Origin: a virus | Lineage: Duplodnaviria; Caudoviricetes | DNA: 32,399 nucleotides | Reading direction: 5' to 3' (one strand) | IMG/VR virus record: IMGVR_UViG_3300025018_000086 | Coordinates: 1 to 32,399 of that record | Shown here: in pieces, positions 18,036 through 26,677 of the stretch | How positions within the stretch are numbered: the first letter of the stretch is position 1 | How the letters are laid out: each line of letters opens with the position of its first letter | The notes under the pieces: generated by a model | What the model saw: only the letters and a program-made list of their open reading frames with translations | Told to the model about the DNA's origin: nothing | Databases searched by the model: none | Program-made: the position numbers and the translations under genes

Positions 18036-18269
18036 ATGGCCCTAATTAAAGATAAAGCAGCATTTATAGAGGCGCTAAAGGAATTAGGCCGCCTGGTCCT
18101 GATCGCCGCAATTAGCGCAGCCCTGGCTGGAGCTACCGCGGTTATTGGCCTATTAGAGCCTACTACTGCAGCGATCGCTGGCGCGGTCCTGAGCGTCGTA
18201 GTAAAGGCCTGGGATAAATACCTGCACAAGGCCGACAACGGCATTACTACTGGACTTACAGGCTTTTAA
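18036..18269 (+). CDS. Holin
   Basis: 77 aa, two TM segments, directly after the endolysin. Confidence 0.75.
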   Translation: MALIKDKAAFIEALKELGRLVLIAAISAALAGATAVIGLLEPTTAAIAGAVLSVVVKAWDKYLHKADNGITTGLTGF

Positions 18270-18271
18270 CT

Positions 18272-18610
18272 ATGCGGGGTGGGCTCGAGCGCTTACCCTG
18301 CGACCCAAATGTACCCTGCCCGCTACGTGAGAGCCAGCAGGGCTGCTTTGAGGATATACACCACCGACAATGGCCCCGCCGTGTATACGAGGGACTGGGC
18401 GCGGTGGCTATCGCTTTTAGGGAATTGCCAGAAAATAAAGACCAACGCTGCAGGAACCTGCACAATATAGAGCACGCTATTAGCGAGCCCCCCGAGGTCC
18501 CAGACCGCGAGCTAATGCTGCTGGCGATCGAGGAGGCTATAAACACTGGCCAGGCCAGCTACAGTAAAAATAAGCTGCGTAAAATTTTCGGAAATAGTAG
18601 ACGCGACTAA
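18272..18610 (+). CDS. HNH-like endonuclease
   Basis: C..C..CFEDIHH...ENK..RCRNLHNIEH. Confidence 0.55.
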   Translation: MRGGLERLPCDPNVPCPLRESQQGCFEDIHHRQWPRRVYEGLGAVAIAFRELPENKDQRCRNLHNIEHAISEPPEVPDRELMLLAIEEAINTGQASYSKNKLRKIFGNSRRD

Positions 18611-18689
18611 CGCGCTTGTGCTATTCTACGAGTGAGGTAGATTATGGGAGGTGTTACACCCATAAAAAATAAAACGATCGGACGGAGAT

Positions 18690-18863
18690 ATGCGCAAGGA
18701 ATTAACGCAAAAACAAACTAACCGCCGCAAGTGGGCTAAGCGTATAGCGCTCGTGCTCGCGGCATTTACTGCTGGCTGGCTCGCTTGCTACGCCTGGGGC
18801 TTTTGGCTACTATACCAGGCCCTAATGCGTGCCTGTGAAAACGGTATGTTTATTTGCAGCTAA
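18690..18863 (+). CDS. 57-aa single-pass membrane peptide
   Basis: SD GGAG; MRKELTQKQTNRRKWAKRIALVLAAFTAGWLACYAWGFWLLYQALMRACENGMFICS*; own promoter/operator at 18608-18627. Confidence 0.75.
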   Translation: MRKELTQKQTNRRKWAKRIALVLAAFTAGWLACYAWGFWLLYQALMRACENGMFICS

Positions 18864-18866
18864 AAC

Positions 18867-18933
18867 AATAGGGGGCTATGCGAGGGCCCCCTATTAAATA
18901 AAAACCCACCTGCGGCAAGGTGGGAATTTTTTT
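18867..18933. terminator. Tandem hairpins / bidirectional terminator between convergent units
   Basis: AATAGGGGGC...GCCCCCTATT, then AAAAA-CCCACCT-GCGGCA-AGGTGGG-AATTTTTTT. Confidence 0.8.
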
Positions 18934-19030
18934 ACAGATAAATATTTATTTTAGTAATAACCTAGTTAAATAGGTGGAGTGGAAAAGTAAAGAGCGAGCC
19001 CACCGCGGGCCGCCCTAGAGCGGCGTGCCT
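18900..19030 (-). ncRNA. Candidate ~130-nt small RNA (or Rpf 3' UTR)
   Basis: GCTTGTGC-TATATT promoter on - strand at 19037-19050; 5' GC hairpins, CU-rich stretch, terminator at ~18900; no ORF. Confidence 0.4.
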
Positions 19031-19053
19031 AACTTAAATATAGCACAAGCACT

Positions 19054-19692
<639 letters not shown>

Positions 19693-19734
19693 TTACTATT
19701 ATACCAAAAGCATTATGGCGGGAAATTTGCGCAG

Positions 19735-19823
19735 GGTCCGCACCCCTGTAACGCTTAGGCTTATCCACAGAGTTTTACACAGGTTATGCACAATTTACAG
19801 GGGCGGTAGGCTTGCAGCGGACC
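19735..19823. other. Putative replication origin element: three tandem DnaA boxes inside inverted repeats
   Basis: TTATCCACA 19761, TTTTACACA 19773, TTATGCACA 19784; flanked by CCCCTGTAA/TTACAGGGG and GGTCCGC/GCGGACC. Confidence 0.65.
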
Positions 19824-20040
19824 ATTGCCGCGTAGTATTATCGAGAGGCCGAGCAATACGAACCATTGCACGGCGGGTAAAACATTAACGCCAAATTTAG
19901 CGTGCTATATTGCTAGCATAGCTGCTATTTTTGGCCCTATAAAAACTAAAACCGCTACGCGAGGTAACGGCTAGCTTTTGTATTGAGTAAATGCAATACG
20001 AACCAGTTACCAGTATAGGGGTGGAACAGGGAAAAAGCAA

Positions 20041-20364
20041 GTGCAAACACGCAACAATTGGCAATTGCCAGCTGAGGGTAAAAACCATAAAACACAATTG
20101 TCAATTGACAACTGTAGGCCTAAGCCCGAGCAGGTAGATTATGCGATCGAACAAATACAGGACCTAATTACAATGCCGACGCTAAAACCGTGGTATTGCA
20201 GCGCAGCCTATAAGCTAGGCGTTACCAAACTGCTGCAGCTGGCCAGTATCGCCAGGGCTGACGGCAAGGACAAGCCTAAATTTTTTAGCTATTTGATTAA
20301 CAGGGAACTAAAAAAGCACCGTGCTGCGGAGATGCGCCAACCCAGCACGGTACTTACCCCATAA
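20041..20364 (+). CDS. Small helical protein, putative replication initiator / DnaD-C-like domain
   Basis: WYCSAAYKLG...LASIARADGKDKPKFFSYLINREL resembles C-terminal domains of phage initiators; iteron-like repeats in its 5' end; adjacent to DnaA boxes. Confidence 0.45.
   Translation: MQTRNNWQLPAEGKNHKTQLSIDNCRPKPEQVDYAIEQIQDLITMPTLKPWYCSAAYKLGVTKLLQLASIARADGKDKPKFFSYLINRELKKHRAAEMRQPSTVLTP
20055..20114. repeat. Two triplets of 7-bp-period CAATTG-like repeats (iteron-like)
   Basis: CAATTGgCAATTGcCAGCTG at 20055-20074 and CAATTGtCAATTGaCAACTG at 20095-20114. Confidence 0.75.
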
Positions 20365-20398
20365 TAAGGGCTGTGGAAAACTTAAGCAATAATGACTA

Positions 20399-20440
20399 TT
20401 GCATAAGTAACACAAGCGAGTTATTATAGATAACACAAGC
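20399..20440 (+). promoter_or_regulatory. Sigma70-type early promoter with operator in the spacer
   Basis: TTGCAT-17-TATTAT; TAACACAAGCGAGTTA at 20408-20423 and a partial copy TAACACAAGC at 20431. Confidence 0.75.
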
Positions 20441-20466
20441 CAGTAAAAATAAGGAGATCGCGCCAA

Positions 20467-20931
20467 ATGAAAACACTAACTAAACCAGCACCACAATTAC
20501 AAGAGCGTCCAGGACCTACGGGACTGTTTAGCTTTAAATGCGTGCCAGTAACGGTACGCGACGACGACGCACGGCTAAATGCCCTGGTCCGCAGCTTTTT
20601 AGGCTATGGCCTATTTATGGACGTGCAGCGCCCGCTCGATATGGACCAGCTACGAGCTGATTACCGAAACCACAAAATAGACCTAGGCCACGGGGTAACT
20701 ATCGAGCGCCTGGTCCCTGCGCCAATTATGCGCACTTACCTAGTGCCCGTAATGTTTAGCCGCACGCTGCAGGACCCACTAAAGCCTAGCCGTGCTATAC
20801 AGTTTTACGTTAAGGTAAAAGCAGACGACGCGAACATGGCAGCCCACCTAGCGGGCTCGATCACTCGCCACAAATGGGCAGCACCGCGCCACAGCATGAA
20901 CATTAGCCTAAGTGGAGTAGTAGCCTTATGA
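20467..20931 (+). CDS. Hypothetical early protein
   Basis: SD AAGGAG; first gene after the early promoter. Confidence 0.75.
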   Translation: MKTLTKPAPQLQERPGPTGLFSFKCVPVTVRDDDARLNALVRSFLGYGLFMDVQRPLDMDQLRADYRNHKIDLGHGVTIERLVPAPIMRTYLVPVMFSRTLQDPLKPSRAIQFYVKVKADDANMAAHLAGSITRHKWAAPRHSMNISLSGVVAL

Positions 20932-21326
20932 GCCCAATAGCAATTTTTGAGGAGCAAGTAAAAAAAGACCAGGACGACCGCGTTTATGACGTAACAGGCT
21001 GGGTAGGTCCCGAGGAGGGCTATAACGTGCCGCAGCTCGACGCTGAGGGTAAAAAAACAGGCGTAAGCACTATGGAATACCCACGCTATGCGACCTACCA
21101 CGTGCAAATACGCGACGGCCGCCTAAGCTACTGGCGTATTAAATTCCTAGACAGTGGCCTGGTAAGCGTGTACGAAATGACCAGCGAAAATAACCGCCCA
21201 GCTATGGAGCTCGAGGGTAACGGTGCAGCTGGCATACTACGGGTGGCCCAGATCGTAAATGCAGTAATGAGCCTAGCGACCGAATACTGCGACGAGCGCC
21301 TAGAAAAGCAAAAAAGCACGAGCTAA
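20928..21326 (+). CDS. Hypothetical protein
   Basis: ATGA overlap; SD GGAG. Confidence 0.75.
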   Translation: MSPIAIFEEQVKKDQDDRVYDVTGWVGPEEGYNVPQLDAEGKKTGVSTMEYPRYATYHVQIRDGRLSYWRIKFLDSGLVSVYEMTSENNRPAMELEGNGAAGILRVAQIVNAVMSLATEYCDERLEKQKSTS

Positions 21327-21378
21327 ATTACTCGCTTGTGTTACACTAGATATATAACCATTAAGGAGATTGCGCCCC

Positions 21379-22968
21379 ATGGCTAAAGCCAAAACTACTA
21401 AGAAAAAGACCGAGCCCGTAGAGGCTGAAACGGTCCAGGACCAGACACCACCACCAGAGGCACCGCCTGTGGATAACTCGCCTGCTGAGGGGGAGATTAT
21501 GGACCCTAACGAAATTAAAGCTATAGAGCAGAACGCTAAAGAGCTCGAGAGCGCCCTCGTGGCCCACCCAGGTATGGAAGTGGTGCCAGGCGTTACTACG
21601 GACCAGCTGCGTAATGCACTGGGTGCCCAGACCGAGCAGCGCGTGCTTATTAAGCAATTTATCCAGCACCACCTCGTGCCAGATGTAGATTTTGGCCATA
21701 TCCACGTAGTGAAAAACTGCGCGAACCAATACAGCTGTACGAACCGCTACCACTTTGGCAAGGATATGCTATTTAAGCCTGGCCAGGAAAAGATTTTTAG
21801 CCTATTCGGTATTACCAGCGTGCTAGAGCGCGACGAGGAAACCTACAAAATGCTGCCAGACACTAAAAACCTCGTGGCCTACCTATGTAAGGCAATGCGT
21901 GGCGATCGTGTAGTAGCTGAGGGCCGCGGTGCTGCAGTCCTGGGCGATAAAGGCCGCGACGTAAACAGCACTATTAAGATCGCTGAAAAACGGGCCCGTA
22001 TGGACGCGTGCCTGGCATTAGGCTTTAGCGAATACTTTAGCCAGGACCTCGACGACCCAGACTATGCAGGCCAGCGCGAGCAGGCTAACCAGCGTGCCGC
22101 TGCAGAGCTCGCAGCAAAACACCCAGAGGAAATGCCACCCGAGCCAGTCCCACCTAAGCCAGGCGATAATTTGAAACCACGCCCAGCTATGGAGCTCGCC
22201 AGCCAGGAGGAAAAGGCCGAACTCTACAAGGCATTTTTAAAGGCTGGCCTCGATAAAGACGAGCAGCTGGAGGTCCTAGCAGTAAATGGTATTACCGTAC
22301 CTGCTGAAATGACCAGCGGCGCAGCTCGCGGCATGATACGTAAGCTAAACGAAAATGCTTTTAAACGGCCAGAGCCTAAGAGCCAGGACGTAGTAATAGA
22401 CGATATTAGCGACGAGGCCGTAAACCTGGACGACCTGCCAGACTTTAACGGCACGCCGCCCGCAGCGCCCGCAGCGCCCGCCGCAGCACCTAAGCCCGTA
22501 GAGGTCCCGCCGCTTGTGGTGGACGCAGACCTAAAAAACTGGATAGCCGAGCAGCTAGTAGCTGTAAACTTAAATGCACGGGGCCTAATGTGGTATAAGC
22601 GCCTAGTAACAGGTAAACCCTTTGGCAACCCGCAGCAGTGGAGTGATAGCGAATGGCGCAAGGCCTACGAGGTCCTGCAGGATATACTCGACGTAAAAAT
22701 AGAGGTAGACGACAGCTATTTTAAAAGCGAGGACGAACTAAAGGCCGAGGTAGACCAGACCGACGCGGAAAAGGTGGCCGCAATGTTCCCAGGTGCTGAG
22801 ATATTGCCTGTGGATAACTCTAAGCCTGCCGACCCGCCGCGAGCGGTCCCAGCGAATGGTGGCGACGACGATATAGTAACGAATGAACCACCAGCCGACG
22901 CTACGGGCCCTGTACAGCAAACTATAGACGATCGCCCCCGCACCGAGGGCGACCCCCGCGACATTTAG
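21379..22968 (+). CDS. Putative single-strand annealing recombinase (Rad52-like) with long C-terminal extension
   Basis: DFG...LFKPGQEK...VAEGRG...NSTIKIAEKRARMDA...FSQDLDD; promoter/operator at 21328-21347; SD AAGGAG before ATG 21379. Confidence 0.6.
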   Translation: MAKAKTTKKKTEPVEAETVQDQTPPPEAPPVDNSPAEGEIMDPNEIKAIEQNAKELESALVAHPGMEVVPGVTTDQLRNALGAQTEQRVLIKQFIQHHLVPDVDFGHIHVVKNCANQYSCTNRYHFGKDMLFKPGQEKIFSLFGITSVLERDEETYKMLPDTKNLVAYLCKAMRGDRVVAEGRGAAVLGDKGRDVNSTIKIAEKRARMDACLALGFSEYFSQDLDDPDYAGQREQANQRAAAELAAKHPEEMPPEPVPPKPGDNLKPRPAMELASQEEKAELYKAFLKAGLDKDEQLEVLAVNGITVPAEMTSGAARGMIRKLNENAFKRPEPKSQDVVIDDISDEAVNLDDLPDFNGTPPAAPAAPAAAPKPVEVPPLVVDADLKNWIAEQLVAVNLNARGLMWYKRLVTGKPFGNPQQWSDSEWRKAYEVLQDILDVKIEVDDSYFKSEDELKAEVDQTDAEKVAAMFPGAEILPVDNSKPADPPRAVPANGGDDDIVTNEPPADATGPVQQTIDDRPRTEGDPRDI

Positions 22969-22984
22969 GAGGTAAATAGAGCGT

Positions 22985-23254
22985 ATGACCGAATTAACCA
23001 GAGGCGAAAAAGCCAAACAGACCCGCATAAACCGTATTGGCCTGGAGGCATACCAGGCCGAGCAGGCGGCCAAGGGTAAAAAGGGCGGCGCGAAAAGCGT
23101 AGGCCAGTTTAAGAAAAACCCCGAGCTGGCCGCCAAGGCTGGCAAAAAAAGCAAGCGCCTACCTAAGGCAGTGCTTAAAACAGATAGCGGGCTGCACTTT
23201 GAGGACCAGCCAGACCTAAAAATAACTAGCGCCGCAGAGGGCAAGGAGATTTAA
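22985..23254 (+). CDS. KGG-motif (general stress protein-like) small basic protein
   Basis: AAKGKKGGAKSVGQFKKNPELAAKAGKKSKR. Confidence 0.65.
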   Translation: MTELTRGEKAKQTRINRIGLEAYQAEQAAKGKKGGAKSVGQFKKNPELAAKAGKKSKRLPKAVLKTDSGLHFEDQPDLKITSAAEGKEI

Positions 23255-23256
23255 AA

Positions 23257-23565
23257 ATGGGCAAACCTAAAGACACCCACAAAACCGTAGTGCTGCCAGG
23301 TGGTAAAAAGCAGCGATTTAACAGCCCAGAGCAAGCCGCTCGCGTTAAATACCTTATTGGCTATATGGACCAGACCGCTGCGCTGCACCCAGGCATTAGC
23401 ATGCAGGAAATGAGCGAGCTACTGGCTGCAGATTTTAAGGTGGCTATTAGCGCCGTGCTTAAGATCGAGCAGGGAATGGCCGACCGACTACGTGAGGCCG
23501 AGGGCCGCCCTAAGGTAAGCAAAAGCGTTAAACCTGGAGGGCCTAAAAATGGCACGACCGAGTAA
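23257..23565 (+). CDS. Hypothetical protein
   Basis: SD AAGGAG; operon packing. Confidence 0.7.
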   Translation: MGKPKDTHKTVVLPGGKKQRFNSPEQAARVKYLIGYMDQTAALHPGISMQEMSELLAADFKVAISAVLKIEQGMADRLREAEGRPKVSKSVKPGGPKNGTTE

Positions 23566-23803
23566 CGTATTTTTTAAAGGCTTATACCAGCTGTGGCTAG
23601 TGCCAGACGACGACAGCGACGCGGACCTGCAAATTTTAGGAGCCTACGACGACCTAGCCCAGGCTATGGCCGCCAAGGCTGCAGCAGAGAGCGGTATTAG
23701 CGACGATAGCATAGTAGAGATCACTAAGCGGGTAGACGTGTTTACGCACTACGAGGACATTAGCAGCAGCGTAAATGGCACGGCCCAGATAAGGCAGCAG
23801 TAA
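23549..23803 (+). CDS. Hypothetical acidic protein
   Basis: SD GGAGG; overlap with upstream gene. Confidence 0.7.
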   Translation: MARPSNVFFKGLYQLWLVPDDDSDADLQILGAYDDLAQAMAAKAAAESGISDDSIVEITKRVDVFTHYEDISSSVNGTAQIRQQ

Positions 23804-23804
23804 T

Positions 23805-24071
23805 ATGGCGGCCGAGCAAAACCCCTACAGCGACCCTAAGGCTAAAATATACGGCCCTGAGGTCCTGCAGGAATTCGACGCAGACGACACGCGGGCGATC
23901 GTAGCAGCCCACGGCGAGGCCATACTGGAATACTACGACGAACATAAAGCAACCGACTGGACCGACGCGGACACCTTACGCCTGTTAAATACCAGGCTGG
24001 GCCGCCAGGTCCTAAACAAAATACGGCTGCGCCACAATGTGGATAAATTTAAAGGATATTTTAGGAGATAG
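23805..24071 (+). CDS. Hypothetical protein
   Basis: Operon packing, codon usage. Confidence 0.7.
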   Translation: MAAEQNPYSDPKAKIYGPEVLQEFDADDTRAIVAAHGEAILEYYDEHKATDWTDADTLRLLNTRLGRQVLNKIRLRHNVDKFKGYFRR

Positions 24072-24075
24072 CGCC

Positions 24076-25173
24076 ATGGACCAAAAGCCAAAAGTTAGCT
24101 TATCTGTAAAGGGTAGCGACGGTAAAGTGCAGAAAATTGCGGACGATATTAACAACCTAAGCCCAGAGGGCCGAGCGATCGCTAAGGGCATTGTAGATAC
24201 ACTGGCCAGTAGCCACGCGCCTAAATTCAAGCCAGTGGACGTATTCCAGTGGGCCAATAATACCGACGCATTTAAAAACGAGCTCGACCTGCAGCTATTC
24301 GTATTTAGCAAAAACCTTACGCCATACTCGGTGCAATTCGGTCCTGAGCTAAAGCACAAAATACTAGCCCTATTTGTTTACGACATTATTAACGCCGTAG
24401 CTATGGGCGCTGCGACAGGTATGCAGGTGCGCAATTACGTAGAGGCTGCAGCAGACGACCTGGCAGTGCTCGAAATTAGTAGCGAAAAGCAAGAGAGCCG
24501 CCGCGCTAGTACGGTCCTGTGGCTTATTGAAAAGGAGCGCCAGGACATTACCGAATTTAACGAGGCTGAGCACGACTATAAGCGCCTAAAGGGCATGGTG
24601 CTGCGCTGCGTGGCCCCAGGCGGTAAAGTATTCCACGTGTTTAAGCAATTTAAGGCCACTGCTGCGGTCCAGGGCGGCAAGGACTTTGTACTGCAAAAGG
24701 ACAAGCTGCAGCAATTTACCCAGGACCTCGCTTTTAAGATCGACCCCACTAACCAGGTGCTGGCTGTGGATAACTCGCTATTTATTTTTAGCCAGAGCAA
24801 ATACGAGGCGCTTTTTGATACTAAGCCCCACATGATAGCCCGCGCTAATGAGAATGGCCGACAGATCGACAAGCTATTTAAATTAAGTATGCCGCTCGTG
24901 GTCCCAGAGATCGCCATAATGGCCCAGACCGACAAAACAGCCACTAAAAAGCTGAGCGAGGTAAACCCTGGGCTTATGAGCCAGGAGGAGGTGCTAAACG
25001 CTGCGGACGAATTTGCTATCGAGCTTATGACCGACGACAGCGGCGCAATTATCCTAATGGACAGCAAGGACGTAAAAACCTTTTTGGATATTCTACTGGA
25101 TAACTACGTGCACGGGTCCACTGGCATACCATACGTAGCGAAAAGCAAAAAAGAGCTGGAGCCTGAGGAATAA
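24076..25173 (+). CDS. DUF4868 / Kiwa KwaB-like protein
   Basis: FKID...LFIFSQSKYEALFD and C-terminal KTFLDILLDNYVHGSTGIPYVAKSK resemble the DUF4868 family; SD AGGAG before ATG 24076. Confidence 0.65.
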   Translation: MDQKPKVSLSVKGSDGKVQKIADDINNLSPEGRAIAKGIVDTLASSHAPKFKPVDVFQWANNTDAFKNELDLQLFVFSKNLTPYSVQFGPELKHKILALFVYDIINAVAMGAATGMQVRNYVEAAADDLAVLEISSEKQESRRASTVLWLIEKERQDITEFNEAEHDYKRLKGMVLRCVAPGGKVFHVFKQFKATAAVQGGKDFVLQKDKLQQFTQDLAFKIDPTNQVLAVDNSLFIFSQSKYEALFDTKPHMIARANENGRQIDKLFKLSMPLVVPEIAIMAQTDKTATKKLSEVNPGLMSQEEVLNAADEFAIELMTDDSGAIILMDSKDVKTFLDILLDNYVHGSTGIPYVAKSKKELEPEE

Positions 25174-25493
25174 TGGCCTACACAGGACACAAAAACCGCC
25201 GTATGCCTGACGGGTCCACGATCGTAGAGTGGGTACGGCCGACAGTCCAGGACGAGGCCCGCTATTACGGCGTGCCAATGCCTAGCGACGAGCAAATAGC
25301 CATAGTGCTGCGCAGCGCCCGTATGCACCACCTAATGGAGCACGCAGCAGGCTACGATAATAGCGAGCTCGGTAAGCGCGACGAGGTAACTAAACACTGG
25401 CCCATTGAGAGCAGTATAGGCCGCTTTTTGCGGGACGCACCGCTCGAATTACTGGACCAGATAAATATAGGGGAGCGTAAAAATGGCGCTTGA
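25173..25493 (+). CDS. Hypothetical protein
   Basis: TAATG overlap. Confidence 0.7.
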   Translation: MAYTGHKNRRMPDGSTIVEWVRPTVQDEARYYGVPMPSDEQIAIVLRSARMHHLMEHAAGYDNSELGKRDEVTKHWPIESSIGRFLRDAPLELLDQINIGERKNGA

Positions 25494-26040
25494 CGATTAC
25501 CACGCAGGCCCTAAACGCCGCAAAAACCTAACGCGGGTAACTGAGGACGTTATGCACCAGCAGGCGGTCCAGTACGTAAGCCTACGCTACCGCGACGTGC
25601 CGCTGCGGACCGACTACGCAGCTGGCCTGGGCTTAAATAAGGTGCAGGCCCGTAAGCACGCACGTATGCAGGGTAATACGCGTGCCTGGCCTGATATACA
25701 GCTCGCGCAGCCCGTAAAGCTATATGCTGGCCTGTTTATTGAGCTAAAGGCCCCAGACGTAGAGCTATTTATGCGCAGGGACGGCAACACGATACGCCAG
25801 GACGATTATAAGGTCCGACTAAAAGGCGACTGGGCCAATATCCACTACGAGGAGCAGGCTAAAATGCTCGAAAAGCTGCGGCAGCAGGGCTACTGGGCCG
25901 ACTTTGCCGTAGGCTTTGACGAATTCCAGGCGATCGTAGACCAGTATATGCTAGGCCAGGAAATGGCAGTGCGCTACGAGATCGGTAAAGAGCACAGCGA
26001 ACGGGACCCCGCCACAATTCCTAATATGACCCCATTTTAA
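25483..26040 (+). CDS. VRR-NUC family (PD-(D/E)xK) nuclease / possible resolvase
   Basis: TEDVMH, WPDIQL, GLFIELKA and EQAKMLEKLRQQGY motifs. Confidence 0.75.
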   Translation: MALDDYHAGPKRRKNLTRVTEDVMHQQAVQYVSLRYRDVPLRTDYAAGLGLNKVQARKHARMQGNTRAWPDIQLAQPVKLYAGLFIELKAPDVELFMRRDGNTIRQDDYKVRLKGDWANIHYEEQAKMLEKLRQQGYWADFAVGFDEFQAIVDQYMLGQEMAVRYEIGKEHSERDPATIPNMTPF

Positions 26041-26059
26041 AAGTGCTATAATAATGCTT

Positions 26060-26275
26060 ATGGACAATAACGAACCCAAAACAGAGGCCAAGCACACCGT
26101 ACAGCAAGGTATTGCCTACCAGACCGTAGACGGCGCTATTACGCGTAATTACGTGGTCCTAGGCGGTAAAAGGGTGTACGTATTCGGAGCGCAGCCAGGC
26201 GACGAGCTAAGCAAGTCCCAGGCCCGCCGAATGAGCCACGCGCCTAAGCCTGTGGAAAACTCTAGCGAGGAGTAG
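26060..26275 (+). CDS. Hypothetical protein, likely leaderless
   Basis: TGCTATAAT at 26044-26052, 7 nt before ATG 26060. Confidence 0.65.
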   Translation: MDNNEPKTEAKHTVQQGIAYQTVDGAITRNYVVLGGKRVYVFGAQPGDELSKSQARRMSHAPKPVENSSEE

Positions 26276-26278
26276 ATC

Positions 26279-26614
26279 GTGCTAATACTGGCACTATCCG
26301 CTACTGGCATAAACCCCGCCCTGGCTAGGGATAATTTACTCGTGCACAATATGCTTACTGCGGCCATGAGCCGCTGTAATGCTAAGATCACTAAATACAG
26401 CCACTACACCCGCGAGCGCAGCGGGCTTTTTGAGGTATTTGCGGACGACGAAACCGTAATGCTTACCTACCGAGCCGAGCGCAGCGGCGATATTTACGTA
26501 ATGGTAACGGACTACGACGGCGGGGACCCTAAGCCTGCACTAGAGGTAATTGTGGATAACTTACGCCCTAAGGAGCATAATTACAAAATTTTGCTTAAAA
26601 AAGGGCTTGACTGA
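26279..26614 (+). CDS. Degenerate S-adenosylmethionine decarboxylase (SpeD/SpeH)-like protein
   Basis: Pattern G-INPAL-x-D...L..A...NAKI...H....SG...E...GDIYV.V.DYDGGDPKPALEVIVDNLRPK matches the short AdoMetDC architecture by eye, but ESH and Cys are absent; SD GAGGAG. Confidence 0.5.
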   Translation: MLILALSATGINPALARDNLLVHNMLTAAMSRCNAKITKYSHYTRERSGLFEVFADDETVMLTYRAERSGDIYVMVTDYDGGDPKPALEVIVDNLRPKEHNYKILLKKGLD

Positions 26615-26636
26615 AATAACACAAGCGAGTTATACT
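26607..26636 (+). promoter_or_regulatory. Sigma70-type promoter with operator in the spacer
   Basis: TTGACT-18-TATACT; TAACACAAGCGAGTTA at 26617-26632, identical to the 20408 copy. Confidence 0.8.
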
Positions 26637-26677
26637 ACTGTTATAACCAAATTAGATCATAGAAAGGCATTAAAACT

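Noticed and set aside
22455-22490. CCCGCAGCG tandem repeat
   Set aside because: Simply encodes a PAAPAAPAA linker
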